Assembly (NCBI RefSeq): GCF_001949145.1
Contig: NW_019091356.1
Span: forward strand, 1,240,789-1,304,788
Reading direction: 5' to 3'
Length of the DNA: 64,000 nt
From: Acanthaster planci
Lineage: Eukaryota
Part shown: positions 1 to 9,883 of the stretch, in pieces
How positions within the stretch are numbered: the first letter of the stretch is position 1
How the letters are laid out: every line of letters begins with the position of its first letter
The notes under the pieces: generated by a model
Database searches by the model: none
The model's input: only the letters and a program-made list of their open reading frames with translations
What the model was told of the DNA's origin: nothing
Made by a program: the position numbers and the translations under genes

Positions 1-63
1 GTGAAGATGAATATTTTGGTTCGTACATGATTTTGTATTTCTTTGACTTTGGTTACTTTTTAG

Positions 64-125
64 GAGACAAGAGGATCTCTTGGGCCGAGTTCCAGTCAGT
101 CAGACATGTCTACACCAAGTACTAA
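64..125 (+). CDS. Probable terminal coding exon of an EF-hand calcium-binding protein (gene begins left of window)
   Basis: T-rich acceptor tttttag at 57-63. Phase-1 reading gives (G)DKRISWAEFQSVRHVYTKY-stop (TAA 123-125). GDKRISWAEF fits positions 4-13 of an EF-hand loop (D5, I8, S9, E12, F13). Only about 20 codons are visible. Confidence 0.55.
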
Positions 126-2097
126 AACGCACGCGACAGATTCCAGAGTACCGCCTACATCAGGGGAAGGTTGGGAACCTTATGCGTGGACTCAGCGGCT
201 CGATTTGAATTTCTCTCCATGCCATCCAAGAGTGCAGTGATGAGCTGATTTCTTTCAGCTAAATTGGCGATAAATCGTTTCGGGTGACTTGGCCCACAAC
301 ATGTCCACCCCGCTTGCACACCAAGGCTGAACTACAATTTATGAGCGTGACTTGAAAATAAACCGCGCCCCCAAAGGAAACTGACTTCATGCATTGCACA
401 TCAACGTCTGTGACATTTCAGTGGCAGCCATGTTGCAATATCATATGGCTGTATTCGGACTGGCCGCAATGCTTTGTATTTTTGTCTTAGAACTTTGAAA
501 AAGAAGCTGTTGACCACAAGTAAACACCACAGGATAGGCCACCGGTGTAAGGAAACTCAGCACTCATAGTACACAAGTAGAATGGAAAAGGCGCCGGCGC
601 CGTATTTAAAGAATTGGAGAATACTGTCACGTGATAAGTAGCCATTTCTAGTTTTGGACGACAGAAAAAAATTTTGCTCCAAGTAAAAACAGAACACGGT
701 CAGAAATGTGTGTGGAACTGAACTATTAATCATTCAAGATTTGTTTTCATTGCTAAGTCTGTTATGGTTAATAATGTATTATGTTATGTTATAATGTATT
801 TGATATATACCTTTAGAGCAATTTTCCAACAATACTTTAATTAAAAAAATATCATGGAAACGAAACCGAAATCATTTGTCTGGATGTGCTGTATTCGATT
901 GTCTCTGGATGTGTGAGAGTGATTTATCGATGGAGATCATTGCTGCAGACAAAAGTATCAATAATTTTCTTGCAAAAGACAAAAGAATATGATATTGTAT
1001 GTGTCCAGTTAACACATTTCTCGGTTAGCGCCTTCACTGACAGGAAATATTCCCAATGGAGAAAGGGGTGTACTCATGCTACACGTCTTTCCGCGGCCAA
1101 TCAAATCTGGCTATTTCTGCCCAGTGTAGGACAGCAAGACTTTTTTTTTAAATTTCACTTGTTCAAACACCACTTGGCATGATTTCCGCAGAACCTTTTG
1201 TGACAAATCTCAGTACTCTTGATTAAGCAATGATGTAAATCTATCACGAACTTAATATATGGCATTCTGTATCTACTTGCCCTTTTTCTTATTCAGAAGA
1301 AGAGATGATCTCAAGGGCCCATTTTCAGACCATCAGTGACGTCAATAAAACGAACTAAACTGCACGTAGCTAACCCCGTGATGCGAGACTTGCAAACGGC
1401 AATGATCTAGGTTCAAGTGATGTGGTGACTTCTTGGTTTCTTTTGGCTCTCATTGGAAGGATTTTGACCGGTGAATTTCGTCATCACTTCCACTTGCGCA
1501 GAAGGAATGCAAACAGGATCATTCTGAGTTTGGATCAAGGTTGAGTCAAAGCTTCTCCCGAGGTCTCAATTTCTGGGTCACCTTATTTTGTCAAATGAAA
1601 TGAAAAGTCACTAGCATCCTAGAAAAGGGCACTTAACACTGAAAAAATTGGCAAGTAGAATGGATCTGATAAAATCGCAACTATCAGTTTGTTTCTTTCA
1701 TTGTTCAGATCTTCTGGGCAAAGTTTTTGTCTAAAATACTAGAAACAAAGGAAAGGAGCCTCCGTTGCTCTGGGGAAATCGTGGTCTCTTGGTCCAGCGC
1801 ATGGCTCATAGGAAAGGGAACGACGTGATTACAAAGTTCTCCAAGGTTGCTTCAGTATAAGGTGGGTTTTGCTTATGGCAACATTGGGTCACCAGATGGG
1901 ATTCCATGTGCTGTATATCACTCGTGAGAGTTCACTGCCAATTTAAAGCAGGGAAACTTGTCAAGCAAAAATGTTGACGAAGAAGCTGAGCCCTGATTTT
2001 ACAGCAGGCCCAGGACCAATTTACAGACTGAGACAATCCGTGGACAATAGTACATCAATAAAACAACCGTTTGCAAGTTTAATATCTCAAAATTCTC

Positions 2098-2103
2098 TTT
2101 ATT
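2098..2103 (-). terminator. Candidate polyadenylation signal (AATAAA) of the lectin-ALP gene
   Basis: tttatt on + strand about 790 nt past the stop; such hexamers are common in AT-rich DNA. Confidence 0.3.
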
Positions 2104-2888
2104 TCAGTCATTTAACTTTCCACGATTTCTTGAAGGAAATTTACTCACGGTTGAGTTTGGTTTAGCTTTCCACGAAAAGCCCTGGAAACTACCCTGAGAG
2201 CCTTTGTGTAAACAATTGCAAGCAGGGGAAACCAGAAATTAATCATTACTGTTTCATATAGAGTTAAAATTATCTGTCGTTCTTTCAAAATTGTATTTAT
2301 GTTGTGTTACCATGATCCTTGTACAAAATCATTCCAAGACTCGTGCGGTACGTAAAGAAATTTGGTAGGATTAGAACGATTTCACAGTAAATTGAAAGCT
2401 TCATCAAAACATTAAGAGCACTTCAGAATGAAGATTTCAAAATAAAATTTATGAAGCGATCTTCAAATCAGAAATTTTCAAAGTAAATGAAGAGAGACGG
2501 TCAAAATTTTCATACTATCGGCTAGATTTACAAGATAGTGCGCAAGTGCAAAGAACAACCAATCATGAATTTTCTTATATCACCTCTTCTCTTCGCATAA
2601 ATGATTCAAAACGAAAAAAACTCTTCAGTGCTGTAAACAACTAATTATTTGAATTCGTTCCTCTTGACATCTTTGGGAAGAATGTAAAACAGAGAACACT
2701 CTACATTTTTCGGACTGTTAAAATGAATTTACCACCCCATGGCAAGCAGATGATGCTTGTGCAAACTGCCCATGTTGATTCCAAATACCCGCGGATATTT
2801 CGTAAAGATGTACTCTGGTTGCAGTTTAAGCAACGACCAATCAATCGTTATTGCTCAAGAGAAGACTGTTGTTGAGAATACGGCCATT

Positions 2889-3076
2889 TTAGTGGCAATT
2901 GGGTGCGAAGTCCCCGATGCAGGCGGCATACTGCATGGCGTGCATGATGTAGTTCTGTTCGTGCACGGAGTGGAAGAGATGCGACATGGGGCCGTGGGCA
3001 AAGATGGCCACGTCATCCCCAGCGTGCGCTCCAGGTACTGCAGCTATCAAGGCGCTCTGCATGTAATGGGGAGCCT
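2889..3076 (-). CDS. Exon 12: ALP C-terminus (…[51 protein letters not shown])
   Basis: H-x-G-x-DVAIFA-x-GP-x-x-HLF..VHEQNYI.H.M.YAACIG motif; TAA at 2891-2889. Confidence 0.95.
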
Positions 3077-6000
3077 CTGAAATGAATTACACACAGTCGA
3101 CAAGGAAAAATGAACTCACCACAATTCGGTCGAGTGGAATTCCATCAGTTTTGCCAGATTGTTTGCTTATTTTTCTGGTAAGTGTTATGTTAATTGAAAT
3201 ATTATGTGCTACTCATACCGATGACTAGTTTGGTGGGTTTTTAGTAAAGAAACAAAAATTAAAATCCCAGAGAATATGACGAAAAATTCAAGAATTTTAA
3301 ACTGGACATTCACGCTTGTTACCGCCATGTCTTTTGACCATCCACCCCGATATTACGTACACAGAGACTTTGTCTTTTCCAATATCACTTATATGCCAGC
3401 TTCACTCCTTTAGAAATGTTTTCGTGTTACAAAGCATCTGATCTGAAACGCTTCAGAAAGACAGAATTAGTTAAAATAGCCAGAACAACTAGATACCATT
3501 TCATTCGGTATTACTAATGGCAAAACACGATTTAATGGGATTCTCTGAAGAAAAAAAATGAACGAAGTCAGAACACCTGAGAGAAAACGATCAACAGAGT
3601 CGCAACGCTGTACCTTTTCAATGGCCAGCTCACGCTTCTTGCCGCCAAGGCCATTTGTGCGCATGCGTGCATAATTATGAATTTATTAGTGAAAAGGTCT
3701 ATGCCTATGCGCGCATAATACCTTTGTAAGTGAAAAGGTCAATGAGTCTGCAATTAAATGTGATTGAGATTTGACCAATCAGATGACAGAGAGGGAAGGA
3801 TCTCTGAAGATATGAGGTCGATTAACACCTGTGTACTTCCTAAAAGATAACGGGACGATTTCAGCTTACGTGTGTCGGTCTTGCTCGGGTCGGGGCGATG
3901 ACTGTTTTCTTTAAACGATTTCTGGACTTCAAAACCTCCAGGCCCGATACCGTAGTTCAGGGTCGTGTAGGGCAGCCCATCGCTGAAGATAATATCAGAC
4001 TTTTGCTGGTTGTAACCTGAAATTATACATAGGTTAAAAAACCAGTTGAAGGTAGGTTCGTTTGATGTCTTCAATGGGGGATCTTTTTTTCTACACATAA
4101 TTACAGCCCAACACACAGGAAGCGTTAGGACAGAGCGATCAACGGCGCGGTGATGGAAATCGACAGATATCACCAAATATGGTCATAACTGTGGCGGTCC
4201 AATAGCAGAAAATGGTGTGAAACGCAGGGCGTGGTTTCTACGCCCAGCGGGCGGTCGGTCTTACCAAGGATGGGATTGCCTCTGACCGGGTATCCAGTGA
4301 TGGTCAAGGTGTGGCTGTGGTCAGACGTGACGACGGTCAAGGTGTCGGTGCCTTTTGTCAGTTCCAAGGACTTCTCCACGGCCTTTTCCATACCCAGGGA
4401 TTCGGTCAGAGCAAGGTGGGCGACATTGACGTGGTGGGCGTGATCGATTCTACCCCCTTCAATGAAGCAAAAATTAGTTAAATAACAATATTATCATAAA
4501 AGTAAACATTATAAAGGGGTCAGTGATATGCAGTGTCGCTGTTAATTCTGTGGTGTTACATAAAGACCTTGTTAAATCTTTACTGGACCATGTTGTTCAA
4601 GCAGGTTAAATGCAGATTTGTTTCTGGTGCAACACATGTAACATAAAGTAAAATCATCCTCAAACTAAATGAGCTCTTTCCCGTGGCTTATTTAGAAGGA
4701 TTAAGGCGTATCAGTACGGAGGTCAGAAGGTAAATGGAAGTATAAATGGAAAAACCACTCCAGTTTTGACCAGTGCGATTTAGTTATGGTAAATCGGTAA
4801 GTCCATACACACACCTTCCACAAAGAGGAAATACCGCCTGCCACCCCTGGACAGCAAGCGGATGGCCTGCTCGGTCATCTCGGCCACGGTCGGTTGACCA
4901 GCCACGTTGTCCGCTTCGTAATCAATGTGGTCCGCGTTAAACAATCCTGGATTTAAGTTTTAAAAATGAAAAAAAAGTTTATCTTGATTATTTTTAGCCA
5001 CTCAGCGGCAAATCTGTCGGGGAACAGCAAACTAGAATCTTCTCAACGAGTACCGGTAATTTTCTGAGAGTGAGGTTATTTTGATTGACAGAAATCTTTA
5101 GAAGGTTGGTCGAATGTTAAGATATTAATTTGGGCTTAAATAAGCTTTGGACAGAAACACAGGGCCAGAAGACACCTGCGCCCCCCAAATAGTGCATTGT
5201 TTTACATTCATTACCAAGGACGTAGTCCGTTCCCTGTACATCCAGATTTTGTAGTTCATCGAGTTTCGTGATGTACTTAGCGTTTCCTTTTGATTTGTAT
5301 CTTGCTTCCCACTCTTGGATCAGGTCCAACGAGTCCTCACGCTTCCCAGAGCTGCCGCCCTCGATGTAGGAGGTGGGTCGAAACTCCCTCCATCCACCTC
5401 CCAATGCCACCTGCAGGATGCAGTTCAGGCGTAGATTTGAATAAGGGTAGGCCTACATTTTTTGTATTCAATTGAATCACTTCTGCCTTTGTGCTTGCCT
5501 ACAGAATAACAACGAAATTGAAACGCTCAGATGACCCATAAAACAAGAGTGAAACTGGTACCAAAGTTTAGTCTTTTGTTCTACCACTAATCTGCAGCAA
5601 GAGGAAAACCAAATCTACTGTTTTCTTGATGCATGGTGGTAGTGTCTTTAAACTGTCTCTGAAATTGTCTTTCCATCGGCCGAGCCAGATTCTGTCCGCT
5701 GTTTTCATTGGGTAATTTCTGTCATCACACGAAGTCATATCGTTTGGGGAATCGCACCCCCCGTTGTGTGTTCTGAAACTCTTGTTTTTTTTTCTTATTT
5801 CATCATCTGCAGAGATGCAAGAACTTTACTCACGTCAATGTCCATCTCACTTCGAACGAACTGTTTAGCGATGTCATCGCAACTGGTCCCGTCAGTGTCG
5901 TGTTCCCAGTGACGGTACGGGACGTGAGCGTACAGGCCAGCCGGCGAAGCGTGCGTGATACGGGTGGTTGTCACAAAGCCAACCGCCATCCCTGAGTAAA

Positions 6001-9000
6001 GAAATTGTGACCAGCTCAAGTGTGCCAGTTGTTGTTTGTTTAATGGTTTTTGAAAATTTGTAAAGATCGTTAAAATTCTCCCAAAATTTTGAGGTGTGGA
6101 CAAACATTTCGCAGCAATTTTCATGCACTTTCGAACCAAACTTGAAATCACATTCGGTGGGGATTCGAGTTCTGCTATAACCTAGGAATTGTTTACCTGC
6201 TTCCTTGGCGACTTTGAGGATGGAGGACACCTCTCTACCAGCAGCGGTGTCGCAATTGCGGTACAAGGCGCGACCATCTAGTCCAATGACTCCCTTCTTG
6301 GTCTTGACTCCCGTGAGATAAGCCGTGGCAGTCCCGGCAGAGTCTGGCACTTGGTGATCAGTATTGTAAGTCTGACGAGGTGGAAAGACAAAAAACGATA
6401 CCAAGCTTATTAAATTCTCATTACAACGGTCAAATGAATTATTTATTCGCTCCGTGCTATGAAAAGACTTCCTTATTCTTTTTTCAAATTGTTACAAATA
6501 ATGAACTATTTAACGGCATATTCCATTAGCATGCAGGATATCCATTACCAGTTTGTCACATGAAATGGGGAGGTAATTTGGGGTTCCATTTCTAACCTTG
6601 GACAGACCGATGTGAGGGAACGCCTCGTAAGACAGCACCGTCTCTTCTCCCGGATTCCCTGCATTCTGACCTTTCAAGATGCGCGTGCTGACCACAGTGG
6701 ATATACTCATCCCGTCACCCAGGAACATTATCACGTTGTGGGCGATTTTCTTGTTCTGTTTGGCGTCGTCCAGGGCCTTATGAAGGCTTTCGTAGGCCTG
6801 TCTCCTCCAGTGCTCCGGATAGTCAGTGGCTAGTGACATTAAATTGGATTGGCGATAATGTCAATGTCGGCTGCAATACTTGGAATTTTAAGAAGGGAAA
6901 TTTTGTCAAGGTAAAGCAGTCAGTGTTGTTGGTGCAAACTTGCCACGTGGACGTCAGTTAATATAGCATCAGTGACGCGCCTTTGATAAATGTTTGCTGC
7001 CACCAAGAGTCTGGAAGAGGCTTCATTTGGCATGCGCCTCATACATCCACTTCCGCTGATATTTTCGTGTCTTGAAAAGACCCCGTAATGGATATGGTGG
7101 ATTTGCACGACTGACAGACCCCACGTTTCCCTATGTAACTGTTCGTTTGCTTAAAAATACCTGAGAATTTTCTATTCACAGAAATGGTGTATGCAGTTGC
7201 ATGAACTTTGGACGGCAATGTCTTTGGGTGAGCCTATGAGGGCGCTCTGCAAAGCAGCAAGTAACACGTGGAGGTGTCATGAAAGGTTGCTATAATCTTT
7301 CCAGTCGTGCAGTCAACTTTGCAATGCCCAGTGTGTGTATTAAGATTATGCGCGTGCGCGTTGTGGAAATGTCACCGTAAAATGCGCAGACACCTCCTCA
7401 GGAGTAAATTCGTACGCTGTCGAGTTTCACAGTAGAAAGATCACTAGACAACCCAGAGAAAAAACCTAGAGACACGGGGCAGATTCGTTGTACTCGTAGG
7501 GTCTGGACTAGAAAATGAACCAGGCCCGCGATGGTGACTGTGGGCTTCATACACGCATTAGACACCCACGCCAGCCTATCATGCTTTGATCTCGATAAAA
7601 AAAAATGATTCTCACCTATGAGAGCTGGTTTCTTGCAAACGTAGTAGAATTCTTTGTCGCATTCCACATTGTTCCAAGTTTCTGCATATTTGTCGCCACC
7701 GGTAATTGCGCAGAGGTTGTTATCTAAATCGTTTGGTTGACCAGGATTCCAACTTTCAAAGTTCCTCTGTCATTTTGACGTAAAGGAAAGTATATCCTCG
7801 GTGACTGAATATAATCAACTAAGAAGATCTCGAAGTCAACCTTTTTTAATTGTGCAAGTTATAAAGCATGAAACACCAATGGTGTAAGTTTGAATGGGGA
7901 GGGGAATTTTGGGAGCCCTCATTTTCGGGGGGGGGGGCGCTCAGTGGGTTCGTTCACGGTGTACAATCACTAGATTGTGTCCCCCTCTTTTTTTGAGTGA
8001 GGCACGGAGGAGACAAGGCTACATACCTCGAGCTGTCCCTCCTAGTTACGCTATTGTCACGGTGATACAAAGCAAAAGCTTTAGAATACTTACACTGGGA
8101 TTTTACCCCAAAAATCACCAAAATATGTACATGTATTTCCAAATAGAAACTAAAGAAATGGAATTGGAAAGAGGGGAAATAAGACTGGAATGAAACCTCC
8201 ATAATCTTCAAAAAGTACAGGCCACTTTGAAAGAAACTCGAAGTGTGTGTGAAAAGTCGATGTATACCTTGCCGATGAGTTCACCTCAGTTAAGGTGTAA
8301 GGTTAATTAGCCTATTATGAGGTAAATGATGAACACAATAGGAGGGTGCTCTTTGGTTTGGGAAAGTTCTTTTGCGTTTATTCCGATTTCACCCACTTTG
8401 GAGGTATCCTCCAATAATTCTTGTCTCCGCCATGTTTCAAGAGGGCTAATCGGCTCTTTTATTTCTCAGGTTATATGCACGTGGGGAAATTAGTCGCAGA
8501 CTCACATAATTATGAGTTTGACTAGCGTCTGCATCGTTCTAAGGGGCAATATCTTCTTGGCCGATCAAACGTGCCGTTCCTTACCTCGGAGAAATCACTC
8601 CACCTGAACTGGCCTTGGAACGAATCCCAGATGTACCCGATCCAGAATTTAGTAGCGCCGAAGTTCTCTGTCAAAATAGTCAACGGGTAAATGAAGGCTT
8701 TGTGAAACTTTGGATTTCTGTCGATATAAAAGCACGACCCAGTGGGCAGAACGTCCAAGAGGCGATTTTTGCTTTTATTAGTAGTATTTTTTGTTACGTA
8801 CAACACGCTGGGGAAACTTGACTTGAATAAAGGCTGCAATCATTGCTCTCGAGATTTTTTTTCAAGAGAAGTAAATTCCGACATTTCATCGGAGGAAGCT
8901 TCCACGAAGCGTGAAGACTATCCCCTCTTAAAAACATAACAACTGCTCATTATAAAAAAAATTCTCGTAGACATTTAGTTATACGATTTATAGCATCTGG

Positions 9001-9753
9001 ATCGTATATAAATACGACGCTCCTGTTGTCTTACTTTAAAAATGATCACAGAAAAAATAGGCCTATGACTCCCCCAAGAGTTCAAAATACGCACGTTTCA
9101 GGAACAACTGTTCTTTATAGCTGCCAATGCTGACAACTGCCGCCCCTTCCTTCGCGCAGTTTTCGTGGGACTCCAGCCACTCCACATCCGTCTTGTAAAG
9201 TTTGTAGCAGTAGTCACCGAATGATATCCAGTCACTGTCACAGCCTGAGGGAAATCAATCAATACTCATGATGATTATTGTGCTACTGGGAGTGTACCCG
9301 AAGGACTAGTTTCGATTCGTTTTCGAGAAAGGAAAACCCCGTGCAAGGACGAGAATAATGCATTCAGCTATTTTTATCTCTCTCTTTTGATCTCAGTTTT
9401 AAATTCTTCCAATTTAACATTTGAGTCGTTTTCGTTTTTAAATTGTCCTTTGTTTCATGTTGAAAAGAAGAGAGCACCGTAAGGTGTTGTTATGTGGTGC
9501 TCTGGTGTTGAAAACAATAAACATTTTATAGTGTTTTGTGGTAAGACTGTAGCCTTGTTCGATATGTTGACGATTTGGGGCCAACCAAATACGCTCTTCA
9601 GAGATATTCGCTTGAACAGATTTGATATAAGAGTCATTTCTAGATTTCTGCCACAAAAAGTTTGGAGAAAAATGTTGGAATGTACTCACCTGCCACACAG
9701 TAGTGAGTGGACGCCGCTAGCAGCAGGACAGTCAGAAGCCTCAGACGCCCCAT
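2889..9753 (-). CDS. Gene model: secreted C-type lectin domain-alkaline phosphatase fusion protein, 12 exons, 1869 nt CDS, 622 aa
   Basis: All 11 introns are GT-AG and all phases join without stops: 9753-9690, 9244-9095, 8667-8585, 7766-7616, 6829-6597, 6371-6197, 5991-5834, 5410-5215, 4946-4815, 4456-4265, 4016-3870, 3076-2889. ALP motifs GDGM, DSA (nucleophile Ser), THAS, R in [22 protein letters not shown] and HAGDDV are all present. The 7616-to-6829 junction is the least certain. Confidence 0.8.
3870..4016 (-). CDS. Exon 11: ALP crown-domain region ([16 protein letters not shown]...RPDPSKTDT)
   Basis: D-G-x-PYTTL-x-YG-x-GPG motif; donor C|gtaagc. Confidence 0.92.
4265..4456 (-). CDS. Exon 10: ALP zinc ligands (GGRIDHAHH...[27 protein letters not shown])
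   Basis: RIDHAHH and DHSH metal-binding motifs; 192 nt, phase 1 to 1. Confidence 0.95.
4815..4946 (-). CDS. Exon 9: ALP ([11 protein letters not shown]...[15 protein letters not shown]...YFLFVE)
   Basis: GLF...H..YE, P.V.EMT..AI..L and FLFVE motifs; phase 1 to 1. Confidence 0.93.
5215..5410 (-). CDS. Exon 8: ALP ([10 protein letters not shown]...[13 protein letters not shown]...DYVLG)
   Basis: V-x-LGGG and G-x-R-x-D-x2-DLI-x-EW motifs; GT-AG, phase 0 to 1. Confidence 0.93.
5834..5991 (-). CDS. Exon 7: ALP ([32 protein letters not shown]...)
   Basis: [12 protein letters not shown] motif and phosphate-binding Arg; donor GAC|gtgagt. Confidence 0.95.
6197..6371 (-). CDS. Exon 6: ALP active-site serine ([24 protein letters not shown]...)
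   Basis: [10 protein letters not shown] signature; 175 nt, phase 0 to 1; GT-AG. Confidence 0.95.
6597..6829 (-). CDS. Exon 5: ALP N-terminal helix and first metal-ligand strand ([20 protein letters not shown]...[11 protein letters not shown]...GLSK)
   Basis: cactag is the first AG downstream of an in-frame TGA, phase 1; contains GDGM; donor AAG|gttaga. Confidence 0.9.
7616..7766 (-). CDS. Exon 4: CTLD C-terminal part ([50 protein letters not shown]), open-ended
   Basis: W-x-P-G-QPN...C...WNN..C......VCK pattern; no stop codon; ends at donor G|gtgaga, phase 0 to 1. Confidence 0.9.
8585..8667 (-). CDS. Exon 3: CTLD middle ([28 protein letters not shown])
   Basis: Acceptor attttgacag; WIG motif and F-x-W-S-D; donor GAG|gtaagg, phase 1 to 0. 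Confidence 0.9.
9095..9244 (-). CDS. Exon 2: N-terminal third of C-type lectin domain ([50 protein letters not shown])
   Basis: Acceptor ttccctcag; classic long-form CTLD pattern C-x3-W...CY...W..S...C...G..V.SI.S..EQ.FL; donor C|gtgcgt, phase 1 to 1. Confidence 0.9.
9690..9753 (-). CDS. Exon 1: start codon and signal peptide ([22 protein letters not shown])
   Basis: ATG in strong context agcaccATGG; basic N-region then hydrophobic core; donor G|gtgagt, phase 1. Confidence 0.85.
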
Positions 9754-9864
9754 GGTGCTTGAAGAAATCTCGCCTCGGATGGTTAGCAGGGAGAGAGAGA
9801 GGCAAGGATTATGTGTGCTTTCACGAGACCAACAGCTATGCCACACCACCAACCGAACCCACGG

Positions 9865-9883
9865 CCTTTTTATTGGCTATTGG
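9865..9883 (-). promoter_or_regulatory. Candidate proximal promoter of the lectin-ALP gene (two CCAAT boxes, A-rich TATA-like run)
   Basis: Minus strand reads ccaatagccaataaaaagg about 115-130 nt upstream of the ATG. Confidence 0.3.

Noticed and set aside
7394..7416. Possible micro-exon (A)YEFTPEE on the minus strand between the CTLD and ALP exons, resembling an ALP N-terminus
   Set aside because: It ends in phase 0 at a weak donor (gtgtct), while the ALP exon needs phase 1; no compensating exon found.
7398..7615. Read-through ORF past the CTLD donor, including [15 protein letters not shown] as an independent ALP signal peptide
   Set aside because: Weak hydrophobic core, poor donor (gttttt) and no promoter evidence; more simply intron sequence. 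It remains the main alternative to the fusion model until transcripts are checked.
9331..9340. NF-kB-like site GGGGTTTTCC in intron 1 of the lectin-ALP gene
   Set aside because: Single degenerate 10-mer; the same sequence also occurs at 21841, so chance is sufficient.
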